From: Cyanobacteria bacterium J06626_4
GTDB lineage: Bacteria; Cyanobacteriota; Cyanobacteriia; Phormidesmidales; Phormidesmidaceae
Assembly (NCBI GenBank): GCA_038523235.1
Contig: JBCBJQ010000005.1
Coordinates: forward strand, 1 to 64,000
Reading direction: 5' to 3'
Length of the DNA: 64,000 bases
Below the pieces are notes generated by a model. It searched no databases, was not told where the DNA came from, and saw nothing but the letters and a program-made list of their open reading frames with translations. A program made the position numbers and the translations under genes. Shown piece by piece: positions 9,635 through 19,401 of the stretch (position 1 is the first letter of the stretch; each line of letters opens with the position of its first letter).

Positions 9635-10044
9635 GCGAATACTTAACCCCAAAAGTGGCCCTCTGTGAACCTAGAGGCCTTGAACAATCAGCAAACATGG
9701 CTGATCACGTCGAGACCCGAGCGATTTCACGGAAATCACAGGGTACTGCGACCTGATTCTACAAGCTCAGTACAACGAGCTGTAGAGGTGTCTTCAGCCC
9801 GGGTAAGACTGATTCCGCTCAAAAGATCCGTAAAGTTGCGGATAAACTTCAAACAAAGAGAACTTTCAGAGAAAATGCGGGCGATTTACGATCGCAAAAA
9901 CCAGCGATCGCTCATGTCCTTTATATACGGAGGTGTACAGCTAATCAAAGATGCAAAACTAGGGATGGTATCTAGAGACCCATGAGGGATTTACGGAGAT
10001 CCCTTCTTTCAAGATTATTATCTAGAGTCAATTTTTTCAACGAA

Positions 10045-10413
10045 TGGGGGCGGAGGGACTTGAACCCTCACGACCGTTAAAGTCAACGGATTTTCATCCT
10101 CCCGCAGCTTTCGCTGCTGCCGAAAATCAGCCTTGCGAGTGATTTTGGCTTTGAGAATTGGACCCTCCCTTTACCCTCGTCGTTAACGTTAGGGTAGCTC
10201 CCGTCGGGCCTCTGCACCTTCCAACGAAGAACGGCGATCGCCGCTACAACCCGCTGGCTTGGCTCAGGATTGCCTTGTCCGCTGGCTTGGCCGTTCATCG
10301 TCCAGCCCAATCGGATTTAGGTTTCCCTGAGTTTGAGAGCTTCCACTCAACAGATTTCTCCACTGAGGCTCAGTTTTCTAAGTCCGCAGCGTCTACCATT
10401 CCGCCACGCCCCC
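10045..10413 (-). tRNA. trnL: tRNA-Leu(UAA) interrupted by a group I intron (exons 10380-10413 and 10045-10094)
   Basis: 5' exon GGGGGCGTGGCGGAATGGTAGACGCTGCGGACTT and 3' exon AAAATCCGTTGACTTTAACGGTCGTGAGGGTTCAAGTCCCTCCGCCCCCA. Splicing gives the anticodon loop CTTAAAA (UAA). Confidence 0.96.
10095..10379 (-). ncRNA. Group I self-splicing intron of tRNA-Leu(UAA), 285 nt
   Basis: Inserted after U34. Conserved blocks CTCAAACTCAGGGAAACCTAAA, GCAATCCTGAGCC, GGTGCAGAG..CGACGGGAGC and GGGTAAAGGGAGGGTCC, ending in the terminal G (…GGAGGATG), as in cyanobacterial/plastid trnL introns. Confidence 0.95.
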
Positions 10414-10588
10414 GATAACCTGACGATCGATACCGACAGTCAAGAATGTCTATATTACAGATGAAACTCCCCAATTGATCATCTTTCTATATCGATTCGT
10501 CTTGCCCTTAGAATATGTTTACGCCGGTCATGCAGCTTGAGGGCTAATCGCGGCGGCGACCCCATCATCAGTCAATATTGAGAGCACT

Positions 10589-10834
10589 ATGCTAGACAAC
10601 TTGCCAGTTTCAACCGATACGCTGTTGGTCTTGGGCGTATACGGAGCACTCGCTGTCACCTATTTGCTGGTGATTCCGGCGGCGATTTTGCTTTATCTCA
10701 AAACCAAGTGGAACACGATGGGGTCGGTCGAGCGTTTTCTCGTTTACGGACTAGTGTTTGCGTTTTTTCCGGGAATGCTTTTGCTCAGCCCCATTCTCAA
10801 CTTTCGCCCCCAGCCGCGATCGCTTAATTCTTAA
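10589..10834 (+). CDS. ndhL: NAD(P)H-quinone oxidoreductase (NDH-1) subunit L
   Basis: 81 aa, two TM helices, YLLVIP...LYL..KW...GSVERFL.Y.LVF.FFPGMLLLSP.LNFRP.PR signature. Confidence 0.93.
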   Translation: MLDNLPVSTDTLLVLGVYGALAVTYLLVIPAAILLYLKTKWNTMGSVERFLVYGLVFAFFPGMLLLSPILNFRPQPRSLNS

Positions 10835-12160
10835 GCGGCCACAGACGCTTTTCTCAGACGTTCTGTCCGCCTTCCTAGGTAAAACTAAAACTTCAGACCC
10901 TTGGCCTAGCGGGCTTACGGCATCAACAGATGAGTGAGCCTGCTATTTGGTTTTGCAGCTTTGGCCCTGCCGCACTGGCGTTATGCCTGATGCGAGCGGC
11001 GCTAGCCCGATCATTGCGCCTCAATACAATGTCGGCTACGGCAAGTCGCAGTTTGATCAGGGTACTCCAAATGACTGACATCACTATCTGATCGGCTTTT
11101 TGACTTCAACTTCCCACTTCGGCATGCCGAATTCTGTTAGTAATACCAATTCTGCAAAGTAGTGCTGCAGATTGGGTATCCCCCGCTGTCGCTGCCTCCT
11201 TGTCGAAAGGGGCTACACATTTTTTTGATGTGTAGTTCCAATTCAGCATTCCGAGTGGCGATATCAGGCAACCGGCAATAATCCATCAAGAGACCAGTGT
11301 GCAGGCAGTCGTGACAGTCCAAAAGCAGGGGTTTTTGCGAACAAAACTGCTCTTGGCGAACGTTACAGCCCCATCAGTTTTGATCTTTCAAAAATCCTGC
11401 TAGATCCGCACCATATCTTTATCTGGTGGCGAGAGGAAACACTTAGTATTGGGGCAAGTTAAACGCACACTTGATAGCAAGGTGATCGCTGACACGTCTT
11501 TATGCGGCCGAGGTCACCCCAGTATTTGTTGGCAAACGCTAACAGTCTGGGCTTGGCAACCAAAACCATACGGATCGCGACGATAGAGTGCTGTAAATGG
11601 AGATATCACTTTGCTTAGAGTTTGCTCAGGACTCAAGGCGGTAACGGTTTTCCAGCGTTCATTACACGTTCAGGGAGCCGCGGCAGCCGGTTTGCTCAAT
11701 CGCCCCAGCGCTTTAACGCTAACTAAGCTCAAGCCTTAACGGTGGGCTGTGTAGCTGTTACGAGCGCGGATTTTGTCAACGATTGGGGAAGGGCTGGTGG
11801 CTAAGCATTGAGACCCGAGCTGTGCTGGGGGAGGATCGCCGATGATTCGCGGCTGTCGCCCCTGCCAGTAGTGAGATCGCGGCTGACGACGAGCCCTTGT
11901 GCCAGCTTTCTCCGGCTGCTGTTAGAAATCGCCCCCCAATCCCAAATTTTTGTCCCCCATCGATGAGTCGCTAGCGTGCATTTTTCCCCGATTGATAATC
12001 AGAATCTGCCGCGATACTGGGCGGCAATGTGTCAAGCGATGACGTTGAGCCATCAATGTTTAGAGAGGCCAATTATGAGTCTGGATTCTCTGCCCCCGCT
12101 ACTTGGGCCAGAGGTTCGGCCAAGCTTAAAAATTTCACCATTCGCAGTTAACTAAAGGGT

Positions 12161-14896
12161 ATGGAGCGATCGCTAATTGATGTGTTGTGGGTGCTGATCA
12201 GCGCCAGCTTGGTCTTTCTGATGCAGGCGGGTTTTTTGTGTCTTGAGGCTGGGTCAACCCGTAGCAAGAATACGATCAATGTTGTCATCAAAAACATTTC
12301 CGACTTTGGTATTTCGGTGCTGTGTTTTTGGCTGTTTGGCTATGCGTTGATGTTTGGTGATACCCACAATGGCTGGCTGGGGATCACGGGGCTTGCCCCG
12401 GAGGTCGGACAGGGTGAGACCTGGCTGGTGGTATTTTTCCTATTTCAGGCCATGTTTTGCAGCACGGCAGTCACGATCGTTTCAGGAGCGGTGGCTGAGC
12501 GCATGCGATTTGGTATTTACCTGGCGGTTTCGCTGCTGGTGTCTGGCCTGATTTACCCTGTCTTTGGTCACTGGGCTTGGAATGGACTCGATGGCGGTGC
12601 GAGTCATGGTTGGTTAGGCCAGCTCGGCTTTGTGGATTTTGCGGGTTCTACAGTGGTGCATAGCATTGGCGGCTGGGTCGCGTTAGCCGCCGCAATTTTG
12701 GTCGGCCCCCGCATCGGGCGATTTTCGCGTAAGCGGCGGCGACCGCTGTTAGTGGGCTATGACTTGCCCCTGGCGCTGCTCGGCACTTTGCTGCTGTGGC
12801 TGGGCTGGTTTGGCTTTAATGGTGGCAGTGTATTGGCCTTAAATGAGCAGGTACCCGGCATCATCTCGAACACCGTATTGGCCGGATCAGCCGGGTTAGT
12901 TACTCCGATCGCTCTGAGCTTGGTGCAGCAACAAAAGCTCCGCGTGAATGCGGTGATGAACGGCTCCCTCGCAGGACTCGTAGCGATCACGGCTAATTGC
13001 CATGTAGTCACCACCGCCGCCGCGATCGTCATCGGGGCCATCGGCAGTCTTTGCATGATGGCGGCAGAGGCCCAACTGCAGCGCTGGCAAATTGACGACG
13101 TTGTAGGTGCTATTCCGGTCCATCTGGCAGCAGGCATATGGGGCACTTTAGCGGTCGCGCTGTTCGCGGATTTAGAGCTGCTGGGCACGGGTCTGAGTCG
13201 GGCTGAACAGCTGGGGGCACAGCTGACAGGCATTGTGGCAGCGGGCCTTTGGGCCTTCGGAATCACGTTCTTATTGTTGTGGCTAACCAACCACCGCTGG
13301 CCCCTGCGGGTTCGTCGTCGAGATGAGCACATTGGTCTGAATGTGGCCGAACACGGGGCCGTGAGTGATCTGGTCGACTTGTTTACGGTGATGCGTCGTC
13401 AACAGCGGACGGGTGATTTACAGCTGCGGGCACCGGTCGAACTCTTTACCCCCGTGGGCCAAATTGCAGCCCGCTATAACCGCGTCATTGCCAGTCTTGA
13501 ACAGGCCCTGGCGCGAACGGACGCCATTGTGGCGAGCGCGATCGAAGCCATTGTGACGGTATCAGCTCACGATTTGGTGATTCGTACCGCCAATCCAGCC
13601 GTACGTAGAATGTTTGGTCTGTCAGAGACGTTACTGGTGGGCCAACCCCTGGCCGCCGTGTTAGTCGCTGAGTCGATTTCGCCTCCTACCGTGCCCCCAC
13701 CCCCGCCCCCGTCAGCTCATAGCCTGCGCAATGGCCACCATCCTCGTACCAGTGGAGCGCTCAAACAGTTATTAGAAACGGTGAGTCGCAAGGGCACCCC
13801 TTATGAGGTGACGGGGCGACGGCGCACTGGTGGGGTCTTTCCCGCAGAGATTACGGTGGCGTTTTTGAGCGATCGCCGCGAAGACTGCTATACCCTGATC
13901 GTGCGTGACATCACCCTGCGTAAACAGGCAGAAGATGCCATCCAACTGGCGGAAGCCAAAGATTTAGAAGCCCGTCAGCTAGAGCAGACCTTAATGGAAT
14001 TGCAGCAGACGCAATTGCAGCTCGTGCACAGTGAAAAGATGTCAAGCCTGGGGCAGTTAGTGGCGGGCGTTGCTCACGAAATCAACAACCCCATTAGCTT
14101 TATCTACGGCAATCTGGACTACGTTGATGAGTATGTCAATGACCTGCTCGAACTGGTGGCGCTTTATCGCTCAGAAACCACCGATGTCAATATAGCCATG
14201 ATCAATCACAAGCTACGGGCGATCGATCTGGATTATCTGGCGACCGATTTACCCCAAATTTTAAACTCGATGCGGGGCGGCACTGAGCGCATTACCGAAA
14301 TCGTGCAGTCGCTCAAAGATTTTTCCCATCAGGGGGGCACCCAACTCAAACAGATAGATGTGCGAGATGGCCTGGAAAGCACGCTGACCATTTTGGGCCA
14401 TAAGCTGAAAGAGCGGCATCATCGACCGGCCATTCAAGTGCTGCGCGATTATGGTGAGCTGCCCAAGCTGGAATGCTATCCCGGCCAGCTCAATCAGGTC
14501 TTTATGAATCTGCTCAGCAATGCCATTGATGCCATTGACGAAAAATGGGAAAAACAGGCGGCTGGCCCAGCACACCCTTCGCTCAAGTTATCGCCGCGCA
14601 TCATTCTACGGACTAAGGTGGTCGCGGGGGGCGATCGCATTCACCTGCACTTCACCGATAATGGCGTGGGCATTCCTGACCAGGTCAAGCAGCGGATACT
14701 TGACCCGTTTTTTACAACCAAACCCGTGGGCAAAGGCACAGGACTGGGGATGCCAATTAGCTATCAAATCATCGTCGAGCGCCACCAAGGTCGGCTCGAT
14801 TGCCTCTCGATTCCTGGCAAAGGTACTCGCTTTCTGATTGAGCTGCCGATCGCCCAAACCAAGCCTGCGCATAGAGCCGTCGGGCAGTGCGATTGA
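12161..14896 (+). CDS. Ammonium transporter (Amt) fused to HAMP-like, PAS and histidine kinase domains
   Basis: Amt motifs FLMQAGF..LEAG, FQAMF...IVSGAVAER, DFAGSTVVH, WFGFNGGS, DDVVGAIPVH. PAS (AIVTV...ANPA..RMFG...LVGQPL). Kinase H-box AHEINNP, N-box NLLSNAIDA, DNGVGI, PFFTTK, GTGLG. Confidence 0.93.
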   Translation: MERSLIDVLWVLISASLVFLMQAGFLCLEAGSTRSKNTINVVIKNISDFGISVLCFWLFGYALMFGDTHNGWLGITGLAPEVGQGETWLVVFFLFQAMFCSTAVTIVSGAVAERMRFGIYLAVSLLVSGLIYPVFGHWAWNGLDGGASHGWLGQLGFVDFAGSTVVHSIGGWVALAAAILVGPRIGRFSRKRRRPLLVGYDLPLALLGTLLLWLGWFGFNGGSVLALNEQVPGIISNTVLAGSAGLVTPIALSLVQQQKLRVNAVMNGSLAGLVAITANCHVVTTAAAIVIGAIGSLCMMAAEAQLQRWQIDDVVGAIPVHLAAGIWGTLAVALFADLELLGTGLSRAEQLGAQLTGIVAAGLWAFGITFLLLWLTNHRWPLRVRRRDEHIGLNVAEHGAVSDLVDLFTVMRRQQRTGDLQLRAPVELFTPVGQIAARYNRVIASLEQALARTDAIVASAIEAIVTVSAHDLVIRTANPAVRRMFGLSETLLVGQPLAAVLVAESISPPTVPPPPPPSAHSLRNGHHPRTSGALKQLLETVSRKGTPYEVTGRRRTGGVFPAEITVAFLSDRREDCYTLIVRDITLRKQAEDAIQLAEAKDLEARQLEQTLMELQQTQLQLVHSEKMSSLGQLVAGVAHEINNPISFIYGNLDYVDEYVNDLLELVALYRSETTDVNIAMINHKLRAIDLDYLATDLPQILNSMRGGTERITEIVQSLKDFSHQGGTQLKQIDVRDGLESTLTILGHKLKERHHRPAIQVLRDYGELPKLECYPGQLNQVFMNLLSNAIDAIDEKWEKQAAGPAHPSLKLSPRIILRTKVVAGGDRIHLHFTDNGVGIPDQVKQRILDPFFTTKPVGKGTGLGMPISYQIIVERHQGRLDCLSIPGKGTRFLIELPIAQTKPAHRAVGQCD

Positions 14897-14966
14897 GGTG
14901 CGATCGCCCGCCGTTTCTAACCCCAGCCAATGTCCGAACGTCCTGGGACATGCTGAGCTAGCAACG

Positions 14967-15920
14967 CTACATCAAATCCAGATCGCCTTGCACATCAAGA
15001 CGTTTGTATTCACCCAACACCATATATTTTTCAGCCAGTTCCTCTGACACGTCGGGCGATAACCAGCCCAACTGTTTTAGGAGATGAACGGCGACGGCAT
15101 ATTTCGCTCGCTTGGTACCATCACGGGCTTTGATAGCCAACCCCATGCCCTGCCCGACCCGCCCAATGCACTGAATGCCTTCGGCTCCAGATTTACTCAC
15201 GACCTCACCGTTGGTCAAGCGCATCACCTCAGTATCAAAGGCTTCTGCCCCCGCCACCAACTCAGGATGGTGAGTCATAGCGCGGACGATCCGCTCCATT
15301 TCCAGATTGTCGCCCGAGGACAATTTGGCAAACAGCGCTGCCATCTGGTTGAGGGGCATTAAATAGGTCGGTGCGCCGCAATCGTCATGGGCTCCGATAA
15401 ATTCATCGGCAGGCATTTTGAGCAGATCAGCCACCGTCGCTAAAATTTGCACCTGCAAGGGATGGTTGCGGTGCAAGTAGCTTTCTAGCGGCCAATTATG
15501 TAGCTGACAGAGGGCTAGCATCCCCGCATGTTTGCCCGAACAATTGTGTTCGAGGGGGCTCTTGCAACCCGCAGGCACTGGGCACTGCAGCTGATTCGGT
15601 TCTAACTCTGCTTTCCAGAGAATATGAAAAGCCTGCCTGACCTGTTCGATGTGACCACGATGAGACGCACACATAATGGCGATGTCGCGATCGTCCAGTG
15701 CAAAGCGTTCTAGCGTACCCGCTGCGGCCACTGCCAGGGCTTGAAACGGCTTTAAAGCGGAGCGAATAAAGGTGGCGGTTTCGGCATCACCAGCCACCGA
15801 TAACATGCGTCCCCGGCTGTCACACACTACAGCATGCACGGCATGCACCGATTCGATAATGCCTTCTCGCAGCAGCTGCACCTCAAGCTCTGGCGATTGA
15901 TACCGTTTAGCCCTAGTCAT
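14967..15920 (-). CDS. L-asparaginase II (Rhizobium AnsA-type family)
   Basis: REGIIES.H, RSALKPFQA, ASH.G, HNCSGKHAGML, DDCGAP and KSGAEG motifs. Confidence 0.88.
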   Translation of the reverse strand: MTRAKRYQSPELEVQLLREGIIESVHAVHAVVCDSRGRMLSVAGDAETATFIRSALKPFQALAVAAAGTLERFALDDRDIAIMCASHRGHIEQVRQAFHILWKAELEPNQLQCPVPAGCKSPLEHNCSGKHAGMLALCQLHNWPLESYLHRNHPLQVQILATVADLLKMPADEFIGAHDDCGAPTYLMPLNQMAALFAKLSSGDNLEMERIVRAMTHHPELVAGAEAFDTEVMRLTNGEVVSKSGAEGIQCIGRVGQGMGLAIKARDGTKRAKYAVAVHLLKQLGWLSPDVSEELAEKYMVLGEYKRLDVQGDLDLM

Positions 15921-15971
15921 GGCTAAGACTCCCACATAGACAGGTCATAAACGCACCGCTCGATAAACGAA

Positions 15972-16469
15972 TCACAAAAATTGCCAGGCCGTGATTAATG
16001 CTACTCCAAGGGCTAGCAAGCAACCTAACGTATTTCGCACCCGCTGCAATACCGGCTTGACCTGATAGTCCATAATCAGGCGATCGCGGTTCAAAATGTC
16101 TTCCGGTTTTTGCCACATCTGGCCGTCATACCAGCCCGACTCTTCGTAAAAGACGGCTGCCTGCTGTAGCCGTTGCCCCACGTGAAACCAGCCCACATAC
16201 AGCTGTGCCAAGGCTAGACCCGGCAAAATCAAGGCAGCGGCAGCGGCCAGCAAGCCAAACGGTAACGGATAGCGACTTGGCCCGTAGCTGGCCCCAACAA
16301 TGGGGCCGGTCACAATCCAACTCAAAATCCAGAGAATGATGACCGGTTTGAGATAGCCTTTGAGGCTGCGGCCACCCCAGCCGTAAAACCAGGAGTCGCG
16401 CACGTCTTCATATTGATTGATGGGAAGCTGCTCAGGGGGGACAGGACAGCGAGATTTGATCACGGACAT
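15972..16469 (-). CDS. CGLD27/Ycf36 (DUF1230) family membrane protein
   Basis: CPVPPEQLP.NQY...SWF and YEESGWYDGQ.W.KP signatures. Confidence 0.92.
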   Translation of the reverse strand: MSVIKSRCPVPPEQLPINQYEDVRDSWFYGWGGRSLKGYLKPVIILWILSWIVTGPIVGASYGPSRYPLPFGLLAAAAALILPGLALAQLYVGWFHVGQRLQQAAVFYEESGWYDGQMWQKPEDILNRDRLIMDYQVKPVLQRVRNTLGCLLALGVALITAWQFL

Positions 16470-16531
16470 GAACGCGCGACACAGATTTACACCGCTACCT
16501 TAACGTGATTTTTGAACGCAAAAAGGGTTGT

Positions 16532-17158
16532 TTACAAAGAATTCCCCATTCCATCTGAAGTTGCTGGTGATGTGTCTGTCGGTACGGATGGCGACAGCGG
16601 ATGACCGGCCTGTCCAAAAATATCGGGTTCTGCTGCCGTGGCCTGTTCGGCCTGATCAACATAGCCCGCGTGCGCCTGTGGAAAGGCATCACAGTAGGGC
16701 ACATAAGGCTTAACGTCTAAAATCGGCGTTTGATCTAGAAAGTCAATGCCCTCAACGTGGATAGTCGTGCCTTCGATATGGCGGATGCGGGTGGCGCTGA
16801 GACCAATCGGATTGGGGCGATGGGGGGCGCGGGTGGCCAGCGTACCTCGTCGCACGCGTGGCCCGCGCGGCGGCATCACCGTAGGATTCCAATGGTGATT
16901 GAGGTGCAGCCAGGCAATCACCCAAAGATAGTCAAACCCGTCGAGGTCTTTGAGGGCAGTAGCGGGAATTATCTCGGGAAACAGCTCAATGCGGGCGATT
17001 GCCGGTTGATAATCGGCTGGGGTCGTGGCCAACTGTGACTGCCGCGGGGTGCCGTGGCGTTCAGTATAGGGCGATCGCACCACGCCAATCGGTGATATCG
17101 TCAGCTGCTGCGGAAACTCGACGGCTTGACGATAGTCTTTAGGCGGCAGTTTAGGCAT
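16532..17158 (-). CDS. trmO: tRNA m6t6A37 methyltransferase TrmO (TsaA/YaeB family)
   Basis: PIG.VRSPY...GTPRQ, RGTLATRAPHRPNPIGLS and DFLDQTPILDVKPY motifs. Confidence 0.88.
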   Translation of the reverse strand: MPKLPPKDYRQAVEFPQQLTISPIGVVRSPYTERHGTPRQSQLATTPADYQPAIARIELFPEIIPATALKDLDGFDYLWVIAWLHLNHHWNPTVMPPRGPRVRRGTLATRAPHRPNPIGLSATRIRHIEGTTIHVEGIDFLDQTPILDVKPYVPYCDAFPQAHAGYVDQAEQATAAEPDIFGQAGHPLSPSVPTDTSPATSDGMGNSL

Positions 17159-17491
17159 GGCGGTGGCCCTGAATCGAGGAATTGCACACAGATCAACGCG
17201 GTTGTCGAGGATGGCCCAGTCTCTGGCCGGCAGTTGCTGAAGCCCAGCCGTTAGACCGGTTGCTGAACTTGGATACGTTACCCGGTCGCTAGCGCTTTGC
17301 GAGGCCGACCGGGCCGGTGGCCGGTAGGGTCAGGGCGCGATATCTGACGGCAGTGAGGGCTTGCTCACCAGTCAACATAGTCTTTTAACATAGAGCTAAC
17401 GTTAGCCGGTTGAAAAATTGTGGCGGCGGTGGCCGATGACGACAATCGTGCGGCAAAAATAACAGCATCCTCTCCCTCCCACACCTGACCT

Positions 17492-18205
17492 ATGGATATT
17501 CTGGTCGTCGATGATGAACAAGAGATTGCGAATCTGATCAAGCTTTACCTGGAAAAAGAAGGGTTTACGGTGCATCTCTGTCGGGATGGTCACCAGGCAT
17601 TGCAGCTCGCCCAGACGCTGCAGCCTGATGTCGTGGTGCTAGATCTGATGCTACCCGGCCTAGATGGGTTGGAGGTCTGCGCCCAGATTCGCCAAAAGCC
17701 CGGTGATAAAGATCCTTACATTTTAATGGTGACGGCTAAAGGAGAAGAGCTCGATCGCATTATTGGCCTATCCACCGGGGCCGATGACTATTTAGTCAAG
17801 CCCTTTAGTCCCCGTGAGTTGGTGGCACGGGTGCGGGCCTTGCTGCGCCGTAGCCTGCGTCAAGGCGGGCAGACTCCGCAACTGCAGAGTCCCCATTTTC
17901 AGCTCGATCCGCAGCAGCGCTTGGCCGTGAGATCGCACCCCGATGGCCCCCCGGAGACGCTATCGCTGACCACGCTAGAATTTGACTTACTCACTACCTT
18001 TGTCAGCTATCCCGGTCGAGTCTGGACCCGGCCCCAGCTGATTGAGAAACTGTGGGGGGATGACTTTTATGGCGATGAGCGCATCGTCGATGCCCACGTC
18101 GCCCGCCTGCGGAAAAAGGTCGAGCCCGATCAGGCCCAGCCGACCTTCATCAAAACGGTAATTGGGGTGGGCTATAAGTTTGAGGATGACGCCACCCCGC
18201 TATGA
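17492..18205 (+). CDS. OmpR/PhoB family response regulator
   Basis: Receiver domain ([22 protein letters not shown]) plus winged-helix domain ([29 protein letters not shown]). Confidence 0.96.
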   Translation: MDILVVDDEQEIANLIKLYLEKEGFTVHLCRDGHQALQLAQTLQPDVVVLDLMLPGLDGLEVCAQIRQKPGDKDPYILMVTAKGEELDRIIGLSTGADDYLVKPFSPRELVARVRALLRRSLRQGGQTPQLQSPHFQLDPQQRLAVRSHPDGPPETLSLTTLEFDLLTTFVSYPGRVWTRPQLIEKLWGDDFYGDERIVDAHVARLRKKVEPDQAQPTFIKTVIGVGYKFEDDATPL

Positions 18206-19350
18206 GTAAGCCCAGCCTCAGAAGTCGTCTTTTTCGCGCCCATCTGATCGTCTTAGCGATCGGCATTTTGACCCTGACTGCTGTGGGCTGGCTTTACACA
18301 CCCCGATTGTTTGTCTTGCGGCTGCGGCGCATCGAAGGGCAAAACTTTCGCATGGCTCAGGTGCAGGGGCAGCTGGTCGAAGTCTTTCAGTTTGCCTGGG
18401 GCCGAGGCATGCTCTGGGCGGCTCTGTTGGGGGGGATTTCGGCCAGTTCCCTGAGCTACTGGTTATCGCAGCGGGTCGTCAAGCCACTGCTAGAGATCGA
18501 GGCCGTGACGGGGGCTTTTGCCGCCGGTGATTTAGAACGACGACTGCCCGACTATGAAATTTTGGAACTGACCCAGCTGGCGAACAGCGTTAATCACATG
18601 GCGGCGGATCTGCAAAGTGTCGAACAGCGTCGCCGCGATTTGGTCAGTGATTTATCCCATGAGCTGCGGACCCCGCTGACGATTATTAAGGGCTATCTCG
18701 AAGCTCTCTCTGACGGCACGCTAGAAGCTGATCCGCAGGTCTATGAGCGGCTGGCACGGGAGACTACGCGGCTGCAGCGGCTGGTGAACGACTTGCAGGA
18801 GCTGTCTCAGTTGGAATCAGGCTATTTATCCATCACGCTACAGCCTACCGATATCGGCGAGCTGCTGGCTTCGGTGGTGGCTAGATTTGCCGATCAGCGA
18901 CTGCCGGGCCAAGCCGTGCAGCTCAAGCTCGACTGTGCACCATCGTTGCCCGCCGTGCCCGTGGATGCCGAGCGTATTGAGCAGGTGCTGGTGAACCTAT
19001 TGAATAATGCGCTGCGCCATACTCAGGCGGGTCATGTGATCGTTCAGGCCTGGCTCGATGCCCCCCGTCTGTGGGTGGAAGTGCAAGATACGGGGCCCGG
19101 CATTGCCCCCGCTGACCTGCCCCATGTGTTCGATCGCTTTTGGCGGGCTGATCGCTCCCGCGATCGTGCTTCGGGGGGCACCGGCATTGGCTTAACCATT
19201 AGTCGCCGGTTAATCGAGCTGCACGGTGGCCAAATTGCGGTGCAGAGCACCGTTGGTCAGGGCAGTCGTTTTCAGTTTTGGTTGCCGGTTACAGCGGCTG
19301 CCGTCTCTCCCCCCGCAACGATCTCCCCACTTCCCCAAAAAACCGTGTAA
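18202..19350 (+). CDS. HAMP-domain sensor histidine kinase
   Basis: Two TMs, [30 protein letters not shown] and GTGIGL. Overlaps the response regulator stop codon (ATGA). Confidence 0.95.
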   Translation: MSKPSLRSRLFRAHLIVLAIGILTLTAVGWLYTPRLFVLRLRRIEGQNFRMAQVQGQLVEVFQFAWGRGMLWAALLGGISASSLSYWLSQRVVKPLLEIEAVTGAFAAGDLERRLPDYEILELTQLANSVNHMAADLQSVEQRRRDLVSDLSHELRTPLTIIKGYLEALSDGTLEADPQVYERLARETTRLQRLVNDLQELSQLESGYLSITLQPTDIGELLASVVARFADQRLPGQAVQLKLDCAPSLPAVPVDAERIEQVLVNLLNNALRHTQAGHVIVQAWLDAPRLWVEVQDTGPGIAPADLPHVFDRFWRADRSRDRASGGTGIGLTISRRLIELHGGQIAVQSTVGQGSRFQFWLPVTAAAVSPPATISPLPQKTV

Positions 19351-19401
19351 CCTTGAGATGCTTGTCCGTTGTCGGCATTGTTTTATTCCACCCTGGCCAC
19401 C

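Noticed and set aside
9665..10418. ORFs 9665..9985(+), 10083..10310(-) and 10158..10418(+); possible intron-encoded homing endonuclease
   Set aside because: They overlap a promoter region or the tRNA/intron. The intron is only 285 nt, and there are no LAGLIDADG, HNH or GIY-YIG motifs.
11137..11322. Cys-containing 61-aa ORF with a CxxC(L)H-like start (DCHDCLH)
   Set aside because: TTG start, no RBS or signal peptide, and the motif is not a true CxxCH; probably spurious.
12161..15920. Functional link between the Amt-kinase and the convergent ammonium-releasing asparaginase
   Set aside because: The genes are on opposite strands, and the asparaginase is paired with the CGLD27 gene upstream of it. 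Nothing in the sequence supports more than chance adjacency.
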